The notes under the pieces are model-generated. The model had not been told where the DNA came from. It worked only from the letters and a program-made list of their open reading frames with translations, and did not search any database. From NCBI GenBank assembly GCA_017456545.1, contig JAFTJE010000017.1:6981-70980 (forward strand): a stretch of 64,000 nt of DNA, read 5' to 3'. Positions 36,217 to 45,967 of the stretch are shown in pieces (positions within the stretch are counted from its first letter, which is position 1; each line of letters begins with the position of its first letter). A program made the position numbers and the translations under genes. This DNA is from Clostridia bacterium. Its GTDB lineage: Bacteria; Bacillota; Clostridia; Oscillospirales; CAG-272.

Positions 36217-36899
36217 TGAACATAGAGCCTATTGCCAAAATTAAAACAGACTTTCCCACTAAATTCGGTATACCCAGGCAGAGTGGAATTGTTTGCGACC
36301 TTGTGGGAGAAATAGTATTTGAGAAAAAATACAGATCTCCCGATGCCATCCGTGGATTACAGGGCTTTTCCCATATATGGGTTATATGGGGATTTTCGGA
36401 AAATGAGAGTAAGGAATATTCTCCTACCGTACGCCCACCAAAGCTTGGTGGAAATGAACGGATGGGAGTCTTTGCCACCCGTTCTCCCTTCCGTCCTAAC
36501 GGGCTTGGGCTCTCCTGTCTTGAGCTTGTAGGAATTGAGCATACTGACACACTTGGTGATATCCTTATTGTATCCGGTGCCGATATGGTAAATAATACAC
36601 CAATTTACGATATTAAGCCCTACCTTTCCTATACCGACAGTATCCCCCATGCAACAGGTGGCTTTGCCGATACTGTAGGGGAGTACAAGCTTGAGGTAAA
36701 TAAGGATTTTTATATTCCCGACACATTCCCGGAAAACAAAATATCCACTCTCTGCAGTATCTTAGCAGAGGATCCCCGTCCCTCATACATTGAGGACGAT
36801 AGCAGAATATACGGATTTGTATTCTGTGAGCACGAAATAAAATTCAAGGTAAAAAACAAAATCCTTACTGTAATATCAGTAGAAAAGAGGATAGTATGA
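36216..36899 (+). CDS. trmO: tRNA (m6t6A37) methyltransferase TrmO/TsaA family
   Basis: IAKIKTDFPTKFGIPRQSG, GFSHIWVIWGFSE and RSPFRPNGLGLSCLELV boxes. Confidence 0.85.
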   Translation: MNIEPIAKIKTDFPTKFGIPRQSGIVCDLVGEIVFEKKYRSPDAIRGLQGFSHIWVIWGFSENESKEYSPTVRPPKLGGNERMGVFATRSPFRPNGLGLSCLELVGIEHTDTLGDILIVSGADMVNNTPIYDIKPYLSYTDSIPHATGGFADTVGEYKLEVNKDFYIPDTFPENKISTLCSILAEDPRPSYIEDDSRIYGFVFCEHEIKFKVKNKILTVISVEKRIV

Positions 36900-37819
36900 A
36901 AAGAATACTTGTGGTAAGCTCAGCAAATATGGACATGGTTATGAATGTTGATTTTGTACCCGTGGGTGGACAAACAGTAATTGACAAAGGTACATATTCC
37001 TATGTCCCCGGTGGAAAGGGAGCAAATTCTGCTGTCGCATTTTCCAGACTCGGTGCCAAATGTATTTTTCTTACAAAGCTTGGCAAGGATGCAAACGGTG
37101 ATGTACTCTTAAGCCTTTACGAAAAAGAGGGTATGGATATTTCCTATATAAAAAGAGACACGGAGGTTGCCAGTGGTCTTGCTGCAATTTTGGTTGAAAA
37201 AACAGGGCAGAACAGAATAATAGTTTTTCCAGGTGCCAACTCCAGAATAGAGCTTGATACAGTAAGTGAGGCTATTGCAGGTAAGCCCGATGCATTATAT
37301 ATGCAATTTGAAATTAACTATGATGCAATTATCCATGCTGCCATAGAGGCTTCAAAAAACGGTATTCCGATCTTTATAGATGCAGGACCTGCAAACAAGG
37401 ATTTTCCCCTTGAAAAGCTACCTGAGTTGACTGTATTTTCCCCTAACGAAAGTGAAACCGAGGCATTTACCGGAATCGCCCCGACAGACGAGGAGAGCTG
37501 TAAAAGAGCATCGCTTAAGCTACTTGAAAGGGTGAAGACGAAATACATAGTAATCAAGCTGGGTGGAAGAGGTGCTTATATTTTTGACGGTGAGAAGGGA
37601 ATTATAAAGCCCACCTATGATATGCCCGTTGTCGATACAACTGCAGCAGGCGATGCATTTACAGCAGGGCTCACCCTTGAATACCTGCGTACGGGAGATA
37701 TCTACACCTCCTGCGACTTTGCTAATGCTACAGGCTCCATTACAGTCAGCCGACACGGAGCATCCAGCTCTATACCCAATTCAAATGAGGTTGCGGATTT
37801 TTTGGCTAAAAATGGCTGA
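36896..37819 (+). CDS. rbsK: Ribokinase (PfkB family)
   Basis: GGKGANSAVA and DTTAAGDAF motifs. It overlaps the upstream gene by 4 nt. Confidence 0.85.
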   Translation: MKRILVVSSANMDMVMNVDFVPVGGQTVIDKGTYSYVPGGKGANSAVAFSRLGAKCIFLTKLGKDANGDVLLSLYEKEGMDISYIKRDTEVASGLAAILVEKTGQNRIIVFPGANSRIELDTVSEAIAGKPDALYMQFEINYDAIIHAAIEASKNGIPIFIDAGPANKDFPLEKLPELTVFSPNESETEAFTGIAPTDEESCKRASLKLLERVKTKYIVIKLGGRGAYIFDGEKGIIKPTYDMPVVDTTAAGDAFTAGLTLEYLRTGDIYTSCDFANATGSITVSRHGASSSIPNSNEVADFLAKNG

Positions 37820-37839
37820 TATTACATTAAAAAAGAAGA

Positions 37840-37875
37840 ACGGTAGCGAAAAATCGCTACCGTTTCTGTTTTTTT
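37840..37875. terminator. Bidirectional intrinsic terminator (hairpin family ACGGTAGCGA)
   Basis: ACGGTAGCGA AAAA TCGCTACCGT, then TTCTGTTTTTTT. It lies between convergent stops (37819 + and 37912 -). Confidence 0.8.
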
Positions 37876-37911
37876 AGTAAAATTTAAGGAAAAAGTCTGT
37901 ATGCGCATTAC

Positions 37912-38826
37912 TTACGGAAGTGTCTTACCTGTAGATTTATAGAGCTCATACCACTCCTGTCTTGACATATCTATATTAGCACCTCGGGATATATCCTTAA
38001 TTCTCTCCGTATTTACGGTTCCTATTATAGGTTGCATACAGGCACTGTGACGCAAAAGCCATAAAATTGCCGTGGAAGTGGCTGTAATTCCATATTTTTC
38101 GCCTATTTCATTAAGCTTTTTATTAAGAGAAGAATAATCGGGATTGCCTATAAATGTACCACCGAAAAATCCGTGCTGAAGAGGAGACCAGGGCTGAATT
38201 GTAATATCATTCAGCCTGCAAAAATCGAGAACATAGCCATCCCTGTCAATTGCCTCTGCCTTTTCGGTATTGACATTAAGTCCACTGTCGATGATTCCTG
38301 TATTTGTTATACTGAACTGCAGCTGATTGATATGGATCTTTATATCCTTAAGATACTTCTGTAAAAGCTGTATCTGCATAGGATTCTGATTAGACACTCC
38401 AAAGCATTTTACCTTACCCTGTGTGGATAAAAGCTCAAATGCTTCGGCTACCTCCTCCGGCTCCATAAGTGTATCGGGTCTGTGAAGAAGCAGAAAATCC
38501 ACACAGTCAACTCCGAGACGGGTCAAGCTACCCTCCACGGATTTTATAATATGCTCCTTTGAAAAATCATAGTATCCGTTTGTTATTGCACACTTGGTCT
38601 GTATAATTATTTCATTCTTCAAGGATGGATTGTCCTTAAGAAATTCTCCGAATTTTCTTTCGCACTCTCCACCACCGTATATATCTGCATGGTCAAAAAA
38701 GTTTATTCCACAGTCAAGGTCGGTTTTTATAAGTGTGTCTACCTCTTTTTTATCAAGGGACGCAATCCTCATACAGCCCTGTGCTATTCTCGAAGCCCTG
38801 TATCCGGCCAAATCAAAGTACTTCAT
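37912..38826 (-). CDS. Aldo/keto reductase
   Basis: 304 aa with the boxes FDHADIYGGGECE, LLHRPD and FGVSNQNP. Confidence 0.85.
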   Translation of the reverse strand: MKYFDLAGYRASRIAQGCMRIASLDKKEVDTLIKTDLDCGINFFDHADIYGGGECERKFGEFLKDNPSLKNEIIIQTKCAITNGYYDFSKEHIIKSVEGSLTRLGVDCVDFLLLHRPDTLMEPEEVAEAFELLSTQGKVKCFGVSNQNPMQIQLLQKYLKDIKIHINQLQFSITNTGIIDSGLNVNTEKAEAIDRDGYVLDFCRLNDITIQPWSPLQHGFFGGTFIGNPDYSSLNKKLNEIGEKYGITATSTAILWLLRHSACMQPIIGTVNTERIKDISRGANIDMSRQEWYELYKSTGKTLP

Positions 38827-38844
38827 TTTATTTTCCTTTCAAAA

Positions 38845-38873
38845 ACGGTAGCGATGATTCGCTACCGTTTTTA
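38845..38873 (-). terminator. Intrinsic terminator after the EF-G paralog (same stem as 37840)
   Basis: ACGGTAGCGA TGAT TCGCTACCGT with T-runs on both strands, 16 nt downstream of the EF-G stop. Confidence 0.8.
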
Positions 38874-38888
38874 ATTATTTATGTAAAA

Positions 38889-40961
38889 TCAGTCGTTCTT
38901 TGCCTCTGCGATAATCTTATCGGTAAGAGAAGCAGGAACCTCATCGTATCTGATAAATTCGAAGTCGAACTTACCTCTTCCCTGAGTGGATGCACGGAGA
39001 GCTATAACATAGTCTGTCATTTCAGAGTACGGAACCTCTGCAATAACTGCCTGCTTGCCGTTTTCCATAGGGTCTATACCCATTACTCTACCTCTACGCT
39101 TGTTAAGGTCGCCCATTACATCGCCCACATATGCCTCAGGTACATAAACCTTAAGTGCACCAACGGGCTCAAGGAGAACAGGGCACGCCTTAGGCATACC
39201 ATCACGGTAAGCAAGGGCTGCTGCAAGCTTAAAGGAAATTTCATTAGAGTCAACATCGTGGTAGGAGCCGTCATAGAGATTAGCACTCAGGTTAGCCATA
39301 GGATAGCCTGCAAGCACACCCTTAAGCATACAATCCTTAAGTCCCTGCTCAACAGCGGGGAAGTAGTTTTTCGGAACTGCTCCACCAACTACGCTTGTAG
39401 TAAATGTAAGACCTTCCTCTGTACCGGGACCGAATTTGATTTTAACATGACCGTACTGACCGGAGCCGCCGGACTGCTTCTTATGCTTACCTTCAACATC
39501 TACATTCTTTTTAATAGCCTCACGGTATGCAAGCCTGGGCTTTGAAAGCTCAACAGATACACCAAAGCGTGATTTAAGCTTGGAAACGAGAATATCAAGA
39601 TGAATATCGCCAAGACCGGAGATTGTAAGCTGCTTCGTCTCCGAGTTGTTTACATATTTAAGTGTGGGGTCCTCCTCAAGCAATCTGGAGATACCTCCGG
39701 AGATCTTATCCTCATCGCCCTTAGCCTTAGGAGCTATTGCCATTGTAAGATAAGGAGTGGGGTAATTAATAGGAACATATTTAATATTTTCGGATACTGT
39801 TGTAAGAGTATCGTTAGTGTTTGTATTGGAAAGCTTAGCTACTACACCGATATCACCACATGCGAACTCATCAATTTCAACCTGCTTCTTACCACGCATC
39901 ATGAAGATCTTGCCGAGCTTTTCTGTAGCTCCTGTGGTAGTGTTACGAAGAACCATATCCTTCTTAACCTCACCGTTCATAACCTTAAAGAAGGACATCT
40001 TACCAACAAAGGGGTCAGCGACTGTCTTAAATATAAAGATAGATGTGTCGGCACTATCCATATCAATGGGAACCTCACGAACCTCACCGTTTTCGCCGAT
40101 AACATGCTCAACCTTACGGGCAAGAGGTCTCGGGAAGGACTCTGCAATAGTGTCGAGGAAGGTCTTAATGCCCCAGTTCTTTATAGCTGCACCACAGAAT
40201 ACGGGAATGATATCACCGGAGATAATTCCCAAATGGATAGCCTCAAGCGACTCCTCACGGCTGATGGGCTCCTCATTGAAAAACTTATTCATAAGCTCTT
40301 CGCTTGTCTGTGCAATAGCCTCAAGAAGCATATTATGATATTCATCACATACATCTCTGAACTTATCGGGAATCTTACTCTTTGCATATTCACCTGTTGC
40401 TTTTTCAAAGGTATATACACACATCTCAACAAGGTTAGCAAATCCGATTACATTACCCTCATCGATAATAGGAATCTGAATGGGGCAGACTGTAAGTCCG
40501 TATTTTTCACGGATGGCACCGAATACCTTATAGAATCTTGCCTCGGGATCGTCAAAATTATTGATAAAGAACGCCTTTGGAATCTTTTCCTCAGATGCAA
40601 GGTCCCAAGCACTCTCGGTGCCTACCTGGATACCTGCCTTACCGTCAACAACGATAATGGCAGCATCGGCAGCTCTTATGCATTGGCGAGCCTCACCCTC
40701 AAAGTCAAAGAAGCCGGGAGTGTCAAGAATATTTATCTTTGTGCCGTTCCAAAGCATTGGAGCTGTAGCTGCAGAAACGGAATATCCTCTCTTAATTTCT
40801 TCGGGGTCATAGTCACATACAGTATTTCCGTCCGCAACATTACCAAGACGGTCTGTAAGTCTTGAAATATAAAGCATTGACTCAGCAAGTGATGTTTTTC
40901 CGCCCCCACTGTGTCCGAGGAGCACTACATTACGAATACTTTTCGTATAAACCTTTTCCAT
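38889..40961 (-). CDS. Elongation factor G family GTPase (EF-G paralog)
   Basis: 690 aa. G1 is GHSGGGKTSLAES, then DTPGFFDF (G3) and NNFD (NKxD-like G4). EF-G domain II-V length follows. Confidence 0.85.
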   Translation of the reverse strand: MEKVYTKSIRNVVLLGHSGGGKTSLAESMLYISRLTDRLGNVADGNTVCDYDPEEIKRGYSVSAATAPMLWNGTKINILDTPGFFDFEGEARQCIRAADAAIIVVDGKAGIQVGTESAWDLASEEKIPKAFFINNFDDPEARFYKVFGAIREKYGLTVCPIQIPIIDEGNVIGFANLVEMCVYTFEKATGEYAKSKIPDKFRDVCDEYHNMLLEAIAQTSEELMNKFFNEEPISREESLEAIHLGIISGDIIPVFCGAAIKNWGIKTFLDTIAESFPRPLARKVEHVIGENGEVREVPIDMDSADTSIFIFKTVADPFVGKMSFFKVMNGEVKKDMVLRNTTTGATEKLGKIFMMRGKKQVEIDEFACGDIGVVAKLSNTNTNDTLTTVSENIKYVPINYPTPYLTMAIAPKAKGDEDKISGGISRLLEEDPTLKYVNNSETKQLTISGLGDIHLDILVSKLKSRFGVSVELSKPRLAYREAIKKNVDVEGKHKKQSGGSGQYGHVKIKFGPGTEEGLTFTTSVVGGAVPKNYFPAVEQGLKDCMLKGVLAGYPMANLSANLYDGSYHDVDSNEISFKLAAALAYRDGMPKACPVLLEPVGALKVYVPEAYVGDVMGDLNKRRGRVMGIDPMENGKQAVIAEVPYSEMTDYVIALRASTQGRGKFDFEFIRYDEVPASLTDKIIAEAKND

Positions 40962-41028
40962 ATAAAAGATCTCCTTGTATAATTATATTTCTTTGCATAC
41001 TGTACCGAAAAATACAGCACCTGCTTAA

Positions 41029-41057
41029 ATTATACTATATACAAAAAAACTTTGCAA
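41029..41057 (-). promoter_or_regulatory. Sigma-A promoter of the EF-G paralog
   Basis: On the minus strand: TTGCAA (41052-41057), 17-nt spacer, TATAAT (41029-41034). Confidence 0.65.
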
Positions 41058-41135
41058 GACCTTTTTGAAGATTTTGAACATAAAAAATGAGTTTATTTTA
41101 ATTTTTTTGTGCATTTCTTACAAATAATAATAAAT

Positions 41136-41170
41136 AAAAAAGGAATTGCGAGAAATTGCAATTCCTTTTA
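41136..41170 (-). terminator. Intrinsic terminator after the CofE-like gene
   Basis: GGAATTGC (41142-41149) / GCAATTCC (41158-41165) with an 8-nt loop, flanked by an A-run and a T-run. Confidence 0.7.
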
Positions 41171-41223
41171 TTACTATTCAAATAAGTATTGAAGGATAAT
41201 TTTGTTTATAAGTACCCTTTCTA

Positions 41224-42417
41224 TTATTCTGTTGTGTAGTTATCAAAGTATCCCTGGATAAATACAACAGGTGTACCCTTATCTCCGGAGCCGGAGGTAA
41301 GGTCACAAAGTGAACCTATAAGGTCTGTCAGACGACGGGGGGTTGTGCCCTCGGATGCCATCTTTCCAACAAGGTTATTATCCTTGGAAATTATCTTTTC
41401 CTTAATAGCCTCCTTAAGAGCATCTCCCGAGAGCCCTGCAAACTCATTGTCTGCAAGGTACTTAAGCTTAAGCTCATTGGGTGTTCCCTCAAGTCCGGAG
41501 GTGTAAGCAGGAGAAACAACGGGGTCAGCAAGCTCCCAAATCTTACCGATAGGATCCTTAAATGCACCGTCACCGTATACCATAACCTCAACAGTCTTAC
41601 CTGTCTTTTCATAAAGCTTCTTCTGAATTGCATCTACCACGGGCTGACAGTCACGGGGGAAGAGCTTAACCTGATCCTCAGTAGCCTTATTGGAGCCGAG
41701 AAGTCCGTAATCCTTGTTATATCCGCTACCGTTTACGGAAGCATTAAGAATCTCGTCAAGACCGTATACAATCTCTGCACCTGCATTACGGAGAAGTCTC
41801 TTTGTACGGAAACGGGAGTGAATATCGCAATTAAGTACATTTTTAGTATAATTAAGAATTGCACGGGGGTCATTGGCAAAGATAATCTCAACATCTGCTC
41901 CGCATTCACGAATAAGACCCTCATAATATTCTACATAATCTACGCCTGTAAAGGGATGCTTTTCATATCCGAAAAGCTCACGGTATTTCTTAAGATCGAG
42001 AACATCTGTATAAGGATTAACTCCCTTTTCATCAAGCATATCAAGACTGATTAAATGGTTACCGACCTCATCAGACGGGTAGGAAAGCATAAGAACAACC
42101 TTTTTTGCTCCCATTGCGATACCGCGAAGGCAAATAGCAAAGCGATTACGGCTGAGGATTGGGAAGATAACTCCAACGGTTTCACCACCGAATTTAGCAC
42201 GGACATCGGATGCTATATCGTTTACACCTGCGTAGTTGCCCTGTGCTCTTGCAACGATAGCCTCTGTCATTGCCACAATGTCTCGGTCACGGATTTCAAA
42301 TCCGTCGTCTGCGGAGGCCTCAAGAATAGAATTTGTAACGATTTCTACTATATCGTCACCGTTTCTGATAATAGGGGTACGAATACCTCTTGATACTGTG
42401 CCAACCATACGACTCAT
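41224..42417 (-). CDS. Coenzyme F420-0:L-glutamate ligase (CofE)-like family protein
   Basis: I place the start at ATG 42417 (MSRMVGTV...) behind RBS AAGGAG. The box DRDIVAMTEAIVARAQGNY resembles the CofE D..VV.SKIVSKAEG box. This is a family-level call from memory only. Confidence 0.5.
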   Translation of the reverse strand: MSRMVGTVSRGIRTPIIRNGDDIVEIVTNSILEASADDGFEIRDRDIVAMTEAIVARAQGNYAGVNDIASDVRAKFGGETVGVIFPILSRNRFAICLRGIAMGAKKVVLMLSYPSDEVGNHLISLDMLDEKGVNPYTDVLDLKKYRELFGYEKHPFTGVDYVEYYEGLIRECGADVEIIFANDPRAILNYTKNVLNCDIHSRFRTKRLLRNAGAEIVYGLDEILNASVNGSGYNKDYGLLGSNKATEDQVKLFPRDCQPVVDAIQKKLYEKTGKTVEVMVYGDGAFKDPIGKIWELADPVVSPAYTSGLEGTPNELKLKYLADNEFAGLSGDALKEAIKEKIISKDNNLVGKMASEGTTPRRLTDLIGSLCDLTSGSGDKGTPVVFIQGYFDNYTTE

Positions 42418-42597
42418 AATATATATACACTCCTTTTGATTTGTCTGAAATGTCAAATCAGGCAAAAGATTTATTAACATACATAGTATAACAAAAAAAT
42501 TACAAAATGTAAAGAAAAATTTTTATATTATAGAAATTTTTTTCTTCAAGTGTGAAACAAATGTTTTTATAACGGATAATGATATGACTTTACAGCC

Positions 42598-43209
42598 CTA
42601 TATTCCATACATATCATCGGTATTCAGCTGACGCAAAAATCCACTGAGGCCGTACACCTTAAATCCCGAATGAATCCTGTCTCCGTCGTGTATTTCGGAA
42701 TGGGTAGTGCCATAGGATATGCAAACCATATTCGGAGCAGGATTTATAATGCATATTCCCTGGTGCAGAGGATATTTTTCCACTATATTGCGAAAGAACA
42801 GCTTTATCTTTCCTTTGTACACAACCCCTCCGTCAAATGCCATGCTCCTGCCGGCAACTACCGTACCGTTTCGACCCATGGATACACGGTGTAACAGTAT
42901 CTTACGCCTTTTCCATATCTCAATCCTGTCATTAAAGAAGACGAATTTGCCACCCTTGTGCCGTGAGGTGATAATGACAATGGCATATTTATCAATATCC
43001 GATTCTACCGTAAGGTCAAGGCGTCCCTTGAAAAAGAAAACCGAAAGGAAAGGAAAGCGTCTGAATTTTGCCTTGAAGCCGTATTTACGGCAGGCGCGCC
43101 TTATCTTTATTATCATAAGCAGCCTTTTCCAGCATGTCCAAAGCAGCTCAAAGATTATCACAGCTCCGATACCTACCAGAATCAGTAATACTATAAGTGG
43201 CATAGGCAC
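42598..43209 (-). CDS. Bitopic membrane protein, unknown function (paralog of 18546-19121)
   Basis: 203 aa with an N-terminal TM (LIVLLILVGIGAVIIFELLW), then the basic stretch KRLLMIIKIRRACRKYGFKAKFRR and a ~150-aa soluble domain. Confidence 0.6.
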   Translation of the reverse strand: MPMPLIVLLILVGIGAVIIFELLWTCWKRLLMIIKIRRACRKYGFKAKFRRFPFLSVFFFKGRLDLTVESDIDKYAIVIITSRHKGGKFVFFNDRIEIWKRRKILLHRVSMGRNGTVVAGRSMAFDGGVVYKGKIKLFFRNIVEKYPLHQGICIINPAPNMVCISYGTTHSEIHDGDRIHSGFKVYGLSGFLRQLNTDDMYGI

Positions 43210-43390
43210 CTCCCTTTTTACTTATTACTTCTTGCTATTATTTTACCATTCCCGTACATAAAAGTCAATAGAAAGGACAATGCATCTCTTATACGGAGCA
43301 ATTTTTCATAATTAGCCGTTATGATGCCGTCTCCTTCAATTAAGCGTTTTTACACGGTACAAAAAGTTTTTTTATATTTTATTATATTTC

Positions 43391-43419
43391 TTGATATTTT
43401 TACTTCCATATGATATTAT
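43391..43419 (+). promoter_or_regulatory. Sigma-A promoter of cysE operon
   Basis: TTGATA (43391-43396), 17-nt spacer, TATTAT (43414-43419) preceded by TGa. Confidence 0.6.
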
Positions 43420-43481
43420 TTTATTATAAACGGTGTATCCCACATTGGTTAAAGTCAATTATGGCATAAAAGGAGATATAT

Positions 43482-44339
43482 ATGAAAAATATTGAAAATA
43501 TTGCAATACAGATGGCCGAGTCCTACAAAAGCTCCGATATTACTATGTTTAATTCCGAGCTTGGATTACCTGTTAGAGATGAGGTTATCGGTGTTCTCAA
43601 TGATATAAGAAAGCTGATGTTCCCTGCCTATTTTGCCCCGGAGGAGGCAAAGGGGGATGCCGTGCTGTTTACTCACCCACTTATGAATTCCATATATTTC
43701 AGAATCAGAAGACAAATAGCCCTGGCTCTTTCCTTCCACGCAAAGCGTGATGTTTCTGCCGAGGCATCCAAAATAGCCTCCGACTTTGTATCATCTCTTC
43801 CCGATATACACAAAGTGCTTCTTACAGATGCACAGGCCACCTTTGAGGGAGACCCTGCTGCACAGAGTAAAGAAGAAATAATATTCTCATATCCCGGATT
43901 CTACGCAATTTTTGTATACCGTGTAGCAAATTTGCTGTACAAATCCAAGGTTCCGTTTGTTCCCAGAATGATGACGGAGCATGCCCACGGTAAAACAGGT
44001 ATCGATATTAACCCCGGTGCAACAATAGGAGAATACTTCTTTATTGACCACGGTACAGGAGTGGTTATCGGTGAAACAACCGTTATCGGTAGAAATGTTA
44101 AAATATATCAAGGTGTTACTCTCGGTGCACTTTCGCCGAGAAAGGGTCAATCCCTTGCCGGGGTCAAGAGACACCCCACAGTCTGCGACAATGTTACTAT
44201 TTATTCCGGAGCCTCCATTCTCGGTGGTGACACGGTTATAGGTGAGGGAGCAGTTATCGGAGGTAACTCCTTTATAACAGAGAGTGTGGGAGAAAATACA
44301 CGCGTAAGCGTTAAGCAGCCGGAGTTGATTATAAGATGA
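43482..44339 (+). CDS. cysE: Serine O-acetyltransferase
   Basis: 285 aa with GIDINPGATIGEYFFIDHGTGVVIGETTVIGRNVKIYQGVTLG hexapeptide repeats after a SATase N-domain. Confidence 0.9.
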   Translation: MKNIENIAIQMAESYKSSDITMFNSELGLPVRDEVIGVLNDIRKLMFPAYFAPEEAKGDAVLFTHPLMNSIYFRIRRQIALALSFHAKRDVSAEASKIASDFVSSLPDIHKVLLTDAQATFEGDPAAQSKEEIIFSYPGFYAIFVYRVANLLYKSKVPFVPRMMTEHAHGKTGIDINPGATIGEYFFIDHGTGVVIGETTVIGRNVKIYQGVTLGALSPRKGQSLAGVKRHPTVCDNVTIYSGASILGGDTVIGEGAVIGGNSFITESVGENTRVSVKQPELIIR

Positions 44340-44827
44340 GATGTAAATTAAAGCTTACCACCACGCAGGAGGACTACATTCCCAAAGAGCTGAGTGCCGA
44401 GCTGAAGACCACCACTCAGGATATGAGTGAAAACGATGCCGAAATACTTTCCAATGCTGACAGCTTTACTGTTTATGCTGACGGAGAAATACTGCGTGAC
44501 GGAGAAAAAATAATAATCAGATACGAGGAGGGGGATTCTGCCGGTCTCGGCAGCTCTGTGGCAGAGCTTTCCTTTAACCGTTCTGCCCCTAAGGATATTA
44601 ATCTTGCCCGTACCGGAGCCGTCAGTGTAATAATGTGCTTCAAGGAGGGATTTCGCCATACCTGTGTCTATAATACCGAGGTAATGCCTATTGAGCTTTG
44701 TATATTTACAAAGCAGGTGGACAACCGACTTTTCGATTTGAAATATATTGAAATAACCTATCTTATCGAGATAGGTGGCTCCTGTGCACAAAAAACAGTT
44801 ATGAAAATGGAAATTGATACGATATGA
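44336..44827 (+). CDS. DUF1934-like beta-barrel protein
   Basis: 163 aa, overlaps cysE by 4 nt and holA by 4 nt. The pattern (IIIRYEE....G......L.F) is reminiscent of YwiB/DUF1934. This is a weak by-eye call. Confidence 0.4.
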   Translation: MRCKLKLTTTQEDYIPKELSAELKTTTQDMSENDAEILSNADSFTVYADGEILRDGEKIIIRYEEGDSAGLGSSVAELSFNRSAPKDINLARTGAVSVIMCFKEGFRHTCVYNTEVMPIELCIFTKQVDNRLFDLKYIEITYLIEIGGSCAQKTVMKMEIDTI

Positions 44828-45864
44828 CAGAAAATGAATTCAAGCAAGAATTAAAAAGCTTATCGGGTGGATATCTTTTCCACGGGGAAGAGGATTATCT
44901 CAAATACTCTTACTCGAAGGAGGTAAGAAATATCATTCTCGACGGTAGCTTTGATGAATTTAATCATATTGTCCTGTACGGCGAGGATTTTTCTGCCTCT
45001 GCCCTTATCAACGCATTAGCCACCATGCCTATGATGGCAGAGAAAAAGCTGGTGGAGGTCAGGGGAGTGGACTTTAAGTCCCTTAAAAAGGACGAATGGG
45101 CCGAGCTTACCGATGCTCTGTCCCATATTAACGAATATGACCATACTGTTCTTATAATCAGAGCTGACACCTGGGGCTTTGATGAGGGCAACCTACCTAA
45201 AAGGCCCAGCGAAATGTACAAAACTCTTACTAAGCATCTTAAGGCAGTTGAGTTCAAGTTTCCGCAAAGTGCAAGGTTAAGGGCGTGGATAATGCGTCAT
45301 TTTACCCACGGTAAGGTGGAATTCAACCAGGAGCTGTGCGATTATCTTGTGCAGATATGCGGACACGATATGTGGGCACTGTCTAACGAAATAGCAAAGC
45401 TTTGCTCCTATGCCTTACAGAAGGGAATATCCATAAAGGACAAGTCCGTAATTGATGATGTATGCTGTAAGACAGTGGAGTATGATGACTTCCAGCTGAC
45501 CAATTCCCTGTTAGAGGGTCCGAAAGCATTGGTATTTGAAACTCTGAAGAGGCAGAAGCTCAATAAAGAGCCCCCCAATCTTATACTTTATACAGTCATA
45601 AGAATGTATACGGAGATGTATGCTGTTATGCGTCAGTATAAATCGGGTATGAGCAAGGAGAGAATAGCATCATCACTTAAAATACACGAGTTTAAGGTTG
45701 GAAAATATATTAACCGTATTACAAAAATGTCACCTCAGAGAATAGAACGGTCATTAGAGCTGTGCAGAGAGGCTGATGTATCGTCAAAATCCTTTGGTAA
45801 TTTAACAGGATATATTCCCGTTGAAAGACTTATCAGTATGCTGCTTATCCTGAGAGGAAATTAA
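44824..45864 (+). CDS. holA: DNA polymerase III subunit delta
   Basis: 346 aa with the N-terminal box LSGGYLFHGEEDYLK and a length typical of holA. Confidence 0.8.
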   Translation: MTENEFKQELKSLSGGYLFHGEEDYLKYSYSKEVRNIILDGSFDEFNHIVLYGEDFSASALINALATMPMMAEKKLVEVRGVDFKSLKKDEWAELTDALSHINEYDHTVLIIRADTWGFDEGNLPKRPSEMYKTLTKHLKAVEFKFPQSARLRAWIMRHFTHGKVEFNQELCDYLVQICGHDMWALSNEIAKLCSYALQKGISIKDKSVIDDVCCKTVEYDDFQLTNSLLEGPKALVFETLKRQKLNKEPPNLILYTVIRMYTEMYAVMRQYKSGMSKERIASSLKIHEFKVGKYINRITKMSPQRIERSLELCREADVSSKSFGNLTGYIPVERLISMLLILRGN

Positions 45865-45967
45865 CCTGTTTTTTATCAAAGAGGCAGATGCGTATAAAAC
45901 CTGCCTTGTAATACAGAGTAAAAAAAGTATTTATTTGACACAGATTGACAGAGAAGGGAGAAGGACT

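Noticed and set aside
39600-40865. 421-aa + strand ORF (and 38733-39545, 39817-40338)
   Set aside because: They are antisense to the EF-G paralog, whose GTPase motifs are unambiguous.
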